Of a stretch of 64,000 bases of DNA, positions 11,440 to 23,989 are shown one piece after another. A program made the position numbers and the translations under genes. Under the pieces are notes generated by a model, which made no database searches, was not told the DNA's origin, and saw only the letters and a program-made list of their open reading frames with translations. Source of the stretch: Utricularia gibba. Its lineage: Eukaryota > Plantae > Magnoliophyta. How positions within the stretch are numbered: position 1 is the first letter of the stretch; each line of letters starts with the position of its first letter. Where the stretch lies: assembly GCA_002189035.1 (NCBI GenBank), contig NEEC01000020.1:1798001-1862000 (forward strand), written 5' to 3'.

Positions 11440-13619
11440 AGCTTTCCATTTGAGTTATACAAAGAGCAACAAAAACATGGCGTGATGGGCACTTATGCAA
11501 GATGAGACGAATAAAAGATCACGAATTTTCTGTTTTCTCTTCAAAGCATCAGTTTTTTGCAGGAAATTTGAGATCAAAATGGGCTGTGATTTGTTCAACC
11601 AAGAGGCTCTTTCAAAATAAATTCTGAAGCAATAGAAAGTGGAAGAAGCTTCATGGAAAATTCAAGAGGTTTGCTCTTCGTTTTCACACATTTCCATACC
11701 GACCACGCTAATCTTTTTCCAAGGTATGGTTTACTTGTTGCCATTCAAAAACAAGTTGGTTTGTTTGATTTGTTTTATTTTATTTACTTTCAATAAAATA
11801 GGTTTGAGAAGGATAAATCTCTATGTTTTAGAGAAGTTTTGGTTTTCTAATAAATTTGTTGAGAGATGGTTATATAGAGATAAGATCTGAATTTTCGTAT
11901 GAGTTTTGATATATGTCCAGTATGCTTGCGCAAGTATCATTGCAACTTGCGCAAAGAGGTTTCTGCATTTAAAAGGTGCGAACAGGCTTATATGAATGAC
12001 CACGAAAATACACATCTCATGCAACTTATATGGGTTGTCCAGATGAAGAAAATTCCACTTTTTAGAATATGTGATCCAGGTCAATTTTTTTTTTCAATCT
12101 TTGCAAATAAGTTCTTATTCAAGTGTGGGGGAGAAGGATCATTTTCATTTTTTTCTTCAAATGGAATGTGATTTCATTTACTGACTTATAACAACCTCAC
12201 ATTTGGTATTTTGGTGGAAATTAAACTTTTTTTTTTGGTATTATTTTTTCAAAATAGTTGCTGTGCATTAGAATTTTGACATGCTTCTTGTTAAGGCATT
12301 CTTTTGCATGCTGTTCATTTTGTACTCCTTGCGCAAGCTACATAACCCTAACTTTTTGGTATGGAGACCACTTTTATTCTCTTTTCTTTATGAGTGACCT
12401 GAATGTACCACAATCATGGGCTTGTGTCTTGTGTATACTGCTGAGTTATTCTACAGGTTTTGCGCAAAGGGATTGAGGCATTAGGATTTGCCCTATTTTA
12501 TTTCAATATCCCACCTTGAATTCGCTTAGTGAGCCCCGCTTGGCCTGAAACCTTTTTATTTGAATCACCACATCAGAAGCCAAATCCGTTTTTACAATTA
12601 TAGCCTGCTGCAATTTCTCTTTACCCAAGGAGCATCTGGAGAATAGTTTTGTTCGTTTGCTTACGCAAGCTGCAGAACCAGGAGCTCTATTACAAAAGAA
12701 GAAAAGTTGAGAGCAATTTTCAACTGAGTGATCAAGATCTATCTCAGCAAATTATGAAGGGATTTTCAACAGACATCCCATGCAAGAGAGAGATCGATTT
12801 CGAAAAAAAGAAAGAAGGAATGAAAAAAAAAGAGAGAGAGAGAAGAATAAGAAAGAAAAAAAGGCTGAAGTGTTGAAAAGAAGTCGCAAGGCTGAAAGAG
12901 GAGTTCCTTGGTGTACGAAAATCAAAAGGCAAGTATGAAAAAATTGTTTGATGGATGCTCACTCCTTATTACCCATGAAATGGAGACTCCAACCGAATTT
13001 CCTACCTGTCCCAAGCTCCTGCCACGCTACAACCCAAGAAAAAGTCCTCATGATTGCGCAAGCTTGCTGAAACTAGTGGATCACTTGCGCAAGTTTACTG
13101 ACTTGTGAGGAGTAGCTACGTGCAAGGGGAGGTAGTGGATGGTGTACTATTGAATAACTCATGCATTTTGCTAGTCTTACTTCTAATTGCAATTTACTAC
13201 TTTAGAGGAAAATACCTTGAATAATTGCTTAAGGACAAGCACTATCTAAGTGTGGGGGAGTTGATAAGTGATTTTGTGTTGTTACAAAACATGTTCTTCC
13301 ATTACTATTGAGTGTTGTTTTTACTTATTTTAGACTCCACTTTTTCATTATTCTCAATTGATATTGTACCTTTCACACTATTTTGATCTTTTTGGAGAGA
13401 AATTGTATTTGGTAGATTTTTAGGGCACTTTTGGATCGATTCGAGGAGAAATCAAGACCCATCAAATTATGGACTTGATGGGCCACGAATCTCAGCCCAA
13501 GACTCGGTCAAACGATGAAAATTTGGTCCAAGATTCGTGGATAAGATAGAGATATGAAGAAGATCTTCGAAGATTTAGATAGAACATCTTATCCAAGCCC
13601 ATCAAATAAACTCAATACG

Positions 13620-13790
13620 AAGACTTGGATCTACTTTTTCCTTTGTATCTTATGAAAAAACATAAGCATCGCTTCTTGTTTAGTTTTTTTAAAAAAAAAA
13701 TTCTAAAAAATACAAAAATATCAATATTTGTGACATTATGAATTTGAAGAATAGGATGGTGCACTTTTGATAGCCAGATCACTATAACTG
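13620..13790 (-). repeat. Inverted fragment of the palindrome-array repeat family
   Basis: Reverse complement matches about 27470-27600 (GATCCTATTCTTCAAATT...GATGCTTATGCTTTTTTATAA). Confidence 0.65.
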
Positions 13791-13989
13791 ATTCCATTGA
13801 GTTCTCCGCCAGAACTCAATGGTGACATCTACCTATTCAACACTGTACCTCAATTCTGCCGATCTAAAAGAACATCGCCTCTAAAAATAGGATGGTCAAA
13901 CATCCAACCGGTATTCCATCTCTACTATACATTGCTCCTATCATGAGTAATCCTTCTTTTATCAGATTATTATAGGTACAATAGTTTCT

Positions 13990-14465
13990 GTTGATCCGTT
14001 GAGGTCTAAGTATTTCTAGGTTGACGTCTTTCGCTTCGTGTGTCGTTTAATTGCCTTTGTTCTTATTTGCTTTGAAGCTTAATTTCATTTCATTTTGCTA
14101 TCGAGTCTGTTGCGAGTAATGTTGTATTGATCCTTTCAAATTCTTCCAATCAGTACATAGCCATTCAATCTAGCATTCTGCTACAAAACTCAGAAGATTG
14201 CTTCTTCTGACTACCTTGTGCTAATAAACACATCTTATCAATGCTAAAATTGGTATTGGAGCAAGGTTCTTAAGGTGATGACACCAACTTTCAATTCGCA
14301 TAACCATCTGTGGATGCTACATTAGCAAGAGCCATGTGAAAATTTGACGATTTAGATTATGTAGTGTACGCGTTGCTTATGAAGCCTTATCTTGGAGCCA
14401 CAAAACCATAGGATGTGGTAGAAAACAATAAGAGGAACTCGGCCAAAAAGGAAGAGCCAGGGTTG
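13990..14465 (+). mobile_element. Ty1/copia fragment: LTR end, degenerate PBS, gag N-terminus
   Basis: TGGTATTGGAGC at 14251-14262 (tRNA-Met PBS-like), then FDDLDYVVYALLMKPYLGATKP*DVVEN, matching copia gag FDGxNYxxWxxKMKxYLxAxxLWDVVE. Confidence 0.6.
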
Positions 14466-14469
14466 TAAT

Positions 14470-15550
14470 TGATGGTACATATTTTATTAACACTCGAATG
14501 ATATAAAATCATCATGTTTTGTTACAAATTTTTAATATTTTAATGATGTTTATATTATCTATAATTTTGTGTGTTAAAGTGGACTACCATTGATTTAGTC
14601 TACCTTATGTTTATTAACATATGGTTGAGTATTAGCAACAGAGTTCGCACACAAATCAAGCTGAAATTACGTGAATCAAGTCGATAGGAGCAGTATAGAA
14701 ATCAAGAATAATAGATGTCATGAAAAAGAGAAAGACACAAAAAGGATGGAATATAATTTTCAAAAGGGAGAGATAGAACAGTCAAAGAACTTCAACCCGA
14801 AAGTGAGATGAAGACGGATAGAGAAGAAGAAAAATTTCATCTGCACATCCTCCATTGTGAAACCCAGTTTCAGCACTACTGTTTTGAATAAAAAACAGTA
14901 GCTAACAGAGAATAAATTTGACTTTACTTTCTTATGCTTTTCGAGTATTCTATGTTCAACTATGAATACTACTTGATCTTTAGTTTTAGTTTATAAAGTT
15001 ACCGATTTATCTTTCAATATGCATGGCTAAGTATAGGGAGATGTCTTTCGGTGTGTGAAAGTGGTGTGATATTTGAGTCTGATTTTTATAATGTATTTTT
15101 ACATGTTTCCCTATTTGTTTTTAACATATCTAGGGTAGACTTAATGGGTAGAATAATCAGCAACACAACTTAGAAATCGAATTGGAGGTAGAGTAAAGAA
15201 TCAAGATGAATAAATTATGTGATATTCTTAAATTTACCTAAACCCTTATTTGTATGCATATTATTCTTAGTTTACCAACCGATATCCTGCTGTGATGTTT
15301 GTATAAATAAAATAAATTGAAAACTAGAAGGTAAAGGCTTTACCTTATTTATGAGTATATTTGAATAAAAATAATGAGAAGTCCCAATTTTAATATTAAA
15401 TTATTTTATTAAGTATCAATCCCAACTCATATTTTATTTATATGAACTCAACTTTATTTCGACAATTTGGTATTTTTCAAAATTATATTCATAATTCCAA
15501 TACCACTTCCACCAAAAACATTTCAATAAAATATTGATAATGTTGTGATT
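14470..15550 (+). mobile_element. Athila-type LTR remnant, related to 2942-4370
   Basis: Starts TGATGG and shares GTGTTAAAGTGGACTA...TTGATTTAGTC with 3110-3150. Interrupts the copia gag fragment. Confidence 0.5.
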
Positions 15551-15849
15551 GTCAATAGGATATCAAATACACTCAAAGAATTGTACCTGTCATGTTTATC
15601 AAAAGTTATTAATAGATCATAATAGAAAAATAATGAAATATAGAGATAATCACAAAAATAGATATTTATAAGTAAAACAGACATTTAGAACTCATCATCC
15701 CCTTTACCCTAAACCAAATAAATTTCATCTAAAATTAAAACCTTCCACTATTTCTCTGCTATACTCCTAATTTTTAGGATTTTAGCACTATGTCTCTATC
15801 AACCACACATACTACTCACTCAATTCCTTGTTATCAAATTCCTCATGTT

Positions 15850-16260
15850 TTTCTCAAGTGTGCGCCTCCATAATATTTTTCCTTTACATACAAAAAAAAA
15901 AGGGGGATGCGATTGGTGACATAAGGTGAGAGGATTGGTGGTTCCGCTCTATAAACACTTCCTTCCCCCGCACGAGATAGAATCCCAACATTAGGTCTTA
16001 TGTGTTTTGAGTGAGTTTTGGTTTCCGAGGATAGAATAGGGAAAGGAGAAAGATAGTATTTTTTCATATTCGTGTTTCTCATTCGATAGAGTTTTCGAGG
16101 AAAGGGTAGAAAGAGAGAATAAAATCTGGTAGTTTATCAGGACAAATCTCTGTATTTACTGTGATAAATAGTGAATTTTTCTTGAAGTTGGATGTGGACG
16201 TAGCCCTTATTTTGTGATGAACCACATTAAATCTCAGTGTCTTTTTTCTTGATTTTTGCA
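15850..16260 (+). mobile_element. Copia-like LTR 3' half
   Basis: GTGGACGTAGCCC...GAACCACATTAAATCTCAGTGTC resembles copia LTR U5 motifs. Confidence 0.35.
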
Positions 16261-16265
16261 ATCAA

Positions 16266-16720
16266 CATTAATAAGGTCGTGCACAAATCCAAAATGGGTT
16301 TTCCTGCAAGTTCATCAGTAAAAAGCTCTAGATCCCACATAGATTCCAAAAAGCATAAGCTAGGAAACACAATATGAGCTTCAGCTATACCTTCGTAACT
16401 CCAAATCCCAGGATTCGCTACGGCCCCTCCTATGATAATCCAATCTCCCCACGAAATTGTTATTCCTAACCAAGTCATGAATGGGAACAATGAACATACC
16501 CTATCTCCACATAGGATCATAAGGATGAAAAACTGCTAATTCACACAAAGTCATTCAGCCCACCCGATCAGCACTAGAGCGGTATGCAGTATATGAACAT
16601 AAAATAACCAGCCGGGATCATGGAATACAACGCTATGAACACGTACGGAAAAGCCATTCAAAATACCACTTTATTGCATTGGGAAAGACTAGCTTTCACT
16701 ATCGTACATACTTTTTTTGT
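16266..16720 (-). pseudogene. psbB: Plastid-derived insertion (NUPT): psbB 5' UTR and first ~135 codons, degenerate
   Basis: Minus strand ATG at ~16657 is followed by RVHSVVFHDPG-like sequence. [15 protein letters not shown]...[17 protein letters not shown]...[18 protein letters not shown] matches CP47. Multiple indels. Confidence 0.93.
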
Positions 16721-18021
16721 TCAATGGATTTTTTTGTGTATTTTTCTATTTTATTGGTAGTATTAAAGAGAAACAAATTTATTCTATGAAGAAATGTGAA
16801 GATCAATAGGATTTATTTGCAGAAATTTGAATTTTTTTCTTTTTTTCGAAATTGTTATACCATATGGATGTTGTTCTAGTGACAAAATAAATCTAATAGA
16901 GATAATGTTTTAAAAACAATAAAATGATATTATTGCATTATTAAGTTTCTGCATCAGAGTGAATTAAATAACTATTTAGTTATTTTTTTATTTTAATTAA
17001 AATGATATTATTCTATGCCTATTGGAATTTCCAAGTACCATTATGAGGATTCAAATTTTAAGAATTTTGCTTTTCAATTTCAATTTTTTTTTCTTCATTT
17101 TAACGAAACATCAAGGCATGAAAGTTGTTTATTTGTTTACTTTGACTTTGTATTAAAATTCTAATAGGGGAATAAGTTATGATATTTTTATCGAACCTAC
17201 AACAATCTTTTTTATTTTATGAAAGTATTTTCGAGTCCCAAAGAAATGTGCATATCTTTCTGATTTGAACTGATTTTCATGTGGCTCTTTTTACTAAAGA
17301 GAACTATCCCTATTAGCTTTAAGATGGTATATGTTTTCATGGTTTTTGACTAAAAAAAAAAAAGCCAAAATTGCATGCTTTTGTATCTTGTGCAACATAT
17401 ATTTCTATGTGCTATATGGTAAACAAGCTAAAGAATGAAAGAGGTATGAGCGCATATCTACAGCAACATGGTTGCACATGAACATTACAGTTAGTATGTC
17501 GAGTATGCTTGAGCCACCATATATAAGTGGAAAGCCAAAAAATATAAAGATGAAGCAAGAAAGATATATATGATATGTTATGTATGCATTGAGTTTATAG
17601 TTCTGTGGTTCGAGATGGTACTCTTGACCATAGAATGATGGGCACTTGCTGTTTCACTTATTATGATCTGATAATACTGTCAAAGTTGGATGGTTATAAG
17701 AAGTGAGAAAAGATAGTTATAAGGATTTGCAATGTATTTCAAGTTTTTTTTTACAAAATTTTTATATTCTTTCTTACTATGTTTTATGGTTTTTACTTGT
17801 TTTAAAACTCAAAAACATGATTACTCTTGTATTTATTTGATGGGATAAAGGGAACTAGTAGAGATTTGGTGATTAACCAAGTTTTTTTGAGTATTAGGAT
17901 GTATGTGTAGTAGCATAGTTTGTTTGTTAGGTGTGGCTGAGCATGATTTATGTATGTTATGTTGAATTTTCAGTCTATGTGATCATGAATTACGTGAGAT
18001 ATAAAACACTTGGATAGAGCC

Positions 18022-19001
18022 TGTTAACACATATTTTTGAGTGATTAAGTAAATGAAAAAGATTCATATTTTTGAGGATGAGACAGAAGTCTGAAAAGAA
18101 GTACATACAAAATCTAAGAAAGAGGAAAAAGGGAGAAAAGATGGAGAGAGAAGACAGATCTCCACCATTGGAGACTCATAACAGCTTTCTGGAGACGATT
18201 TTTCTAGGAGGAAAGTCACAGAAGAACCATGGAGGACGAAGAAGAATTCAGGTACACTTGAACTTTTCGTTTATCATGAAAACTATTCCTAATTAGGAAT
18301 AGATTTAGCTTTCAGCATGGACTGTTTATCATCTTCTGTCTTTGTTTATGTTTCTTTCTTGTTGTTGAACAACGACATGAACATGTTCTAGTTTCTAAGT
18401 TATGAAAATATTTTTCTTTCCCTTGTTATGAGTGGCTAAGTATTTAGAGGTTGTCTTGGGGTGAAAAGGGGAAAAATGTGCTAATCAATCCTTAGACCTA
18501 ATCAGTCATAAGTCACGTCACTTCCTTAACAAACCAGGATAGATCTAGGAGGGGGAAGTAGTGAAACCCAACTTAACAATCCTAATTAGAAGTACACCAA
18601 AGATTAGGGGGAAAACAAGAGTCCGGGTATATGTAGACTTTGTGTGTTAGTTGTTTGATTTATGGTTTGTGTGAGCTTGTTTAGTTATAAGCATATGTCC
18701 CCTAGTACTTTCAAGTCATCATCCATTTCATTCTACAAACAACCGAGTTCAGAAGCTTGTTAGTTTTCTTTACTTTATTTTATCGTAACTTTTCCTTAGT
18801 CCTAGTTAAGAACAAATCTATCAACGTGACACTAATTGTATCCATTGACTTTCACATAGCAAATACCTAGCTCCTTGTATTCAACTCTAGTCAACTATGC
18901 TTATATTTTTCATATGATTTGATGTGAATTAGGTTTATAAATTTTATTTCATAGGAAAATTTGAAATTCTAACGACGTTGCATTAAATTTTTCGTTTATC
19001 A
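18022..19001 (+). mobile_element. Athila-type solo LTR, family A
   Basis: TGTTAACAC...CGTTTATCA with perfect 5-bp TSD GAGCC (18017-18021 / 19002-19006). Confidence 0.9.
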
Positions 19002-19073
19002 GAGCCTTATGTACAAGGTGTAACTACTTCACCTGTTTACTTACATATTTACTCATTTTAGTGTTTATGTATC

Positions 19074-20243
19074 TGATAAACGAAAAATTCACACGTCGTA
19101 AATGTAAACTTTCCTATCAAATAAATTTATAATCTAATACACCTTCAAGCATAAAACAATTATGAGCATAGTGATTAGGGTCGAACACAAAGAGTAGGTG
19201 CTTGCTATGTGAAAGTTAATGCATGAAACTAGTGTCATGTTGGTAAAATTGGTCTTAGCTAGGACTAAGGCAGAATTAAAATAAAATACAGTAAGGAAAA
19301 GTTATAAGTTATGGAGCTCGGTTGTTTCTAAAATAAAATGGGTGATGCCTTGGGAGTCCTAGGGTATGTATGCTCATCACTAAACAATCTCATACAAATC
19401 ATAAATCATACAACTAACTCACAAGATCTAGGTCTACTCGGATTCTTGTTTTCCCCCTAATCTTTGGTCTACCTCTAATTAGGGTTGTTAAGTTGGATTT
19501 CACTACTTCCCCCTCCTGAATCTATCCTGGTTTGTTAAGGAAATGACATGACTTATAGTTTATTAGGTCTAAGGATGGATTAGCATATTTCTCCCATTTT
19601 CACCCCAAGACACCTCCCTAATTACTTAGCCTCTCATGCTTAAGGTAAACGAAAGTGGAAAAGAAAACATCACCCACAGTGTGCTCATTTCACAGTCGAA
19701 TACCAGAAATCAAACAAGCAAGTAATGTGAAATGTCAACAAAAAAACTAAAAACATCGCTAGCTACTCTTAGCTAGGAGTAATATTCTTCGAAAATAGAA
19801 AAATAGTCTTGAACTTCAGCTTCGTTCCTGTTTTTCTTCCTTCTTCTTCTTCCCTAGAAAAACCTTCTCCAGATAGCTGTTCGTGAGTCTCCAAGGGGAG
19901 ATCTACCTTCTCTCCCCACATTTCCTCCTTTTTTGTCCAAAATCGCCCTTTTTCACCTCCATGGACTTTGTGTGTACTCTTTTTCAGACTTCTGTCACCT
20001 TCTCTGCCACCACACTGTTCATACTCGGCTTCTTGGGATTTGTGTTGCGACCTATGCTGCATTGCTCGAAGGGAACTGTTAGAAGGTTGGGACTAAATCG
20101 CAGATTTAGTCCCAACTAAGACTAAAAGTGCACTCCTACTGTACTTATGTACAAAAATATAGAAACAGGCAATTAAGCTTAATTTTTGTAGCCCAAAATA
20201 AGTAAATTCCATGCATTGAGCCACTCAAAAATATGTGTTATCA
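19074..20243 (-). mobile_element. Athila-type solo LTR, family A
   Basis: TGATAAACG...GTGTTATCA with near-perfect TSD GTATC/ATATC. Closely similar to 31706-32875. Confidence 0.9.
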
Positions 20244-21539
20244 ATATCACATTAGGAAAGTCAACTTGAGTTCTAGTTTTCAGCTAGTATGTGGTGGTCA
20301 CGACTCATTTTTCCCGGGTCTTGAAAGTGGGGCATGACAACCTTCCTCCGTCTCTCCCCAGATTGAGATATAATGCGACTTAGTGAGAAATATTGGGTCA
20401 AATGAGATTTCTCTGTTTTCTACCCTGATTGATATATATGTCTTTTGATTAATAAAATACAAAATTCAATTCTGAATAGTCAAAGTGCAAACTGCAATTT
20501 GATGCATTGATTGCATTGTTTAGGATTGGCCACATCAATCATCCATGTGTCTTTCGTAGCTATTGTGAAGGTAAACGTCTAGCCCCTCACGCCTGGCTTT
20601 TTAGCTGTGAGAAAAACAAAACCTATGCCTTGGCCACATGAACATTAAGTAACAATAGCATGGAACTTCGAATTCGATATAAAAAAAAAATTTGTTAGGA
20701 TTTGTTACAAAAGAAAGTAATTAAATATCAACAATGTGTTATGAAATAAAACATATTTTTTATTTAATCTTATAGATCTGGAATACTAATCAGCATCACA
20801 AACATTTTCATTTTTACATCAAAAAACTCTTAACAATAAGATCTAAAAAAAGGTCGTGAAAAGAAACACATTTTTCATTTGATCAAAAAGAAGATTTGGG
20901 AGTGTTGAATCAAATAAAAAAGAATCAATTTATATTTCAAAAGGTTAAAAATATAGAGCAATGCAATCCCTATAGTATTTAAAGGGTGGCAATGTGATCA
21001 TTCACCCAATAAGTATTAATAGATTTTTTTATGTTAATGGAATGAAGGGGCACAATAGTTGTTTTATTCTAATTCAATGTCTGATTATTTAATTTTTTTC
21101 GAGAAAAATGCATAAAAAAATCTCAAGTTTATTATTTTGGAAACTTTAATCTCTATTGTTTATAGTAAATGGCATAATTAATGTCCATTGGAATAGTAGC
21201 ACTGAGCTACTCTTGGCGGTGTTTTTGAGGATGGGATAATCTCCTTCCTATCCTTCTCAGGTTGGTGTTCATAGTTTTGGAGCTTCCTGTTCGTGCATCG
21301 CTGCTACTTTCCTAAGGTATTGTCTCTTTTTCCTTCTCTCCTCCAAAAATATCTTCCTTCATTTATTCCATTGCACTGTTCTGACATTAGTATTGTTCTC
21401 TACATGAATTTGCAAACTGTAGATGGTAGAATAATGCTCTTTGTCTCTTTTTGAATGTTGTGCCCCTTTAACTTGATCTAAACGTCCCTTAGTCCGATTT
21501 TATTGCTAATCTTTCCATTGAACTTAATTAAACATCATT

Positions 21540-21690
21540 AAATCAAAGGATTTAGTCCACTTTACAACATAAATACAAAATTAACATAGACAATACATAA
21601 AAGATGAAAAACCGCACAAACCTAACCTAAACCACAGTAAAACATATCAATTTTGCATTATAAAATACAAAGAAAATGTGTCTCATTAGG
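21540..21690 (-). mobile_element. Inverted fragment of the 2942-4370 LTR family
   Basis: Reverse complement aligns by eye to about 3000-3150. Confidence 0.6.
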
Positions 21691-21899
21691 CACACATTTT
21701 AATAATCTTATAACGTGCAACATATTATAAAATAACATGTTTCATTTTTTTTTATCCAAAACCAATGCAAAACCCAATCCATAATAGTATTTGCACCATA
21801 GGCTAGTTGTGATTATAAAAAAAACATCTTTTTTCCACTTCTCTATGACTCATCAAAAAGTTAAAAACACTCTTTCATTGCATTTGATACCATAAAAAT

Positions 21900-22661
21900 A
21901 TCATCGCAATTCCATAGATCCACACACGTGAAGGGGAGAAGAAACCTGAATGCAAACTTTCAATAACTACGATATGGAAACCGAAACTTAAAAGCACAAC
22001 ATAAACCTGAATGCAAACTTTCAAGAATTTCAATAAAATTGAACTAAGATGAGCATTTAATGGATATTAGTGGTCCTTATTAAATGGTGTCATGTAAAAT
22101 CAACAGATGATCAATTACAAGGGAGAGACAACGTATACTATGAATTGAAATAATATGTTCAATAGCAGCTATCTTCAATCTTATGCTTTCTTTAGTGGAA
22201 ACAAAAAAAAGGCTTAGTGAATCCTAAAAGAACACAAAATATGATAAGGAATAGGCTGGCACAAAAGTAGAGTATCTCTAGGTTGACCTTGTGTGGGTAA
22301 ATGGGGAACAAGTATATATTTAATGTCAAAAGAGGCCAGAAGAATGAAAGGAGGTACTGCCATTAAGGCTATCTATTTGCAACCACAGGAATCAACAACA
22401 AAAAAGAAAAGTAAATAGCATGTGGTCTCGAAGGGAGGGGGGGGGGAATTATTAAATCCATAAGAAATTTAATCAGGTCAAATTTGTCATTATTAAATGT
22501 GTCTTCTATAGTAATAAAAATTCCTAGGTCAAATATGCCAATTCACAAAACTTATGGGTCAAATTCACAAAATTGCATGAGCCTGTTATGCCCCGTTATG
22601 AAAATTTCTGTGTCCGTTATGTTCTAATCCATAATTTTTAGGTCTAATATGTAATTATCTC
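21900..22661. mobile_element. Second copy of the MULE-like element end
   Basis: Shares its terminal TIR-like sequence and an internal ~90-bp segment with 1-1474. Confidence 0.45.
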
Positions 22662-22679
22662 AATCTTTGAATATCAATG

Positions 22680-23815
22680 TCCCCAGCCATGCTGAATCTA
22701 CAAATAGGCATAGTCTAGAATATGAGGCTCAATAGCACAGATCCAATTCAGCTATTCCTTTAAGATACCTTAGAAGCCATTGGCTATTTCCCAATTTACC
22801 AATCCAGGATTTCATGTGTTACAACTAATGCAACTAAGAGTGTATGCAATGTTGGGTCCTGTACTCATCATCAAATACATCGTAGAGCCCACCAGAGATG
22901 CAGAAGGCACTCGTTCCATTCTCAGGAAATCTGCTGGAGTTTTTGAACATGATGCAATGGAAATCTTTATTGCAAGATTCATTGGAGTGATCACCAATTT
23001 TGTACCATCTAGAGCAAACTTCCTTACCAGTTGCCCAATATACCATGTTTCATTCAGAGATAAGGTTCCAGCCTTTTTGTCTTTGAAAATATCAATACCA
23101 AGTATCCTCTTAGCATCCCCTAAATCTGTCATCTCGAATTCTATCCCAAGTTGCTGCTTCAGGGCATTGATCAAGGTGAGACTTTTGCTAATAACATATC
23201 ATCCATCTACAACACTAAGATAATAAAATCATTTTCTGACCTCTTTACATAATTACATGGATCAGAATTTTCAGCATGAAGGTATCAAACCTACGATTCC
23301 ACTCTCGAGGTGCTTGTTTCAGTTCGTAAAGACTTTTCTTGAGTAATTTATAATTGGGTACCTATTTCATAAACTCTAATTGAGTCTTCATAGAGCCTTT
23401 AATATCCATCTGCTGCAACTTTAATTGCATCTAACTTGATCTTTGATCGCTGTAATGAGTAATTGGTGGTGGTTAATTTTGGTACGCTGTGTACCTCCTC
23501 GATAACCTGCCTTTGATACCAATGGTCAGCATAAAGGCTCACCTTCAGTAGCCTTCCCTACTTAATGTGAAGATAACAAACATGTGTGCTTTAATGTAAA
23601 TCTGTGCATGTGTGTATGTAATACAATAGACAAACAAGATTTAGCTTGGTAACCCCAATTGAGAACCTCCTAGGCTTAGAATTTCTTCTAAACAACAGAA
23701 ATTTACTATGACAAGCAATCAAATACAACCAATCAGTGTTAAAGTACTGATTCCTAGCACTCACAAAAACACTCTCCAATTTGCACTCTTAGCACTCAAC
23801 TGCTAACTCATTGCA
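22680..23815 (-). mobile_element. Ty1/copia remnant: LTR, PBS, then directly reverse transcriptase
   Basis: PBS TGGTATCAAAG at 23511-23521. RT motifs SLYELKQAPREW and FEMTDLGDAKRILGIDI...VPSASLVGSTMYLM lie within 22700-23400. Confidence 0.8.
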
Positions 23816-23989
23816 TGATCAAACAAAATTTATGCTGTCTTTCTACACCTGAGAAGCCAACCTCTGCATGTCCCTTTTATTCCTCTGCCCCCTATTTCAT
23901 GAGGATCATGGCCCTTAGCACGGGATGTGGGAATCACCTTCAGTTCCATCATCAAGTGATGCTGGTCCATTCCTTCACCTCCAGCATGC

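Larger units (their letters stand above)
9300..13620 (+). mobile_element. Non-autonomous Athila-type LTR retrotransposon lacking pol
   Basis: 5' LTR ends CCCCATCA at 10007. PBS TGGCGCCGTTGCCTGGGA at 10014-10031. CTTAAGGACAAGCAC...GTGGGGGAG PPT at ~13230-13260, then TGATAAG 3' LTR from 13262 (truncated ~13620). Only ~3.2 kb between PBS and PPT. Left boundary uncertain. Confidence 0.8.
17850..20339 (+). mobile_element. Old gypsy (chromovirus-like) LTR hosting two nested solo LTRs
   Basis: Ends GGGTCTTGAAAGTGGGGCATGACA (20339), a typical gypsy LTR 3' end. Left boundary is a guess. Confidence 0.35.

Noticed and set aside
20524-21316. Two AG...GT-bounded candidate exons (about 20524-20570 and 21258-21313)
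   Set aside because: No consistent reading frame or recognisable protein, so not enough to call a gene.
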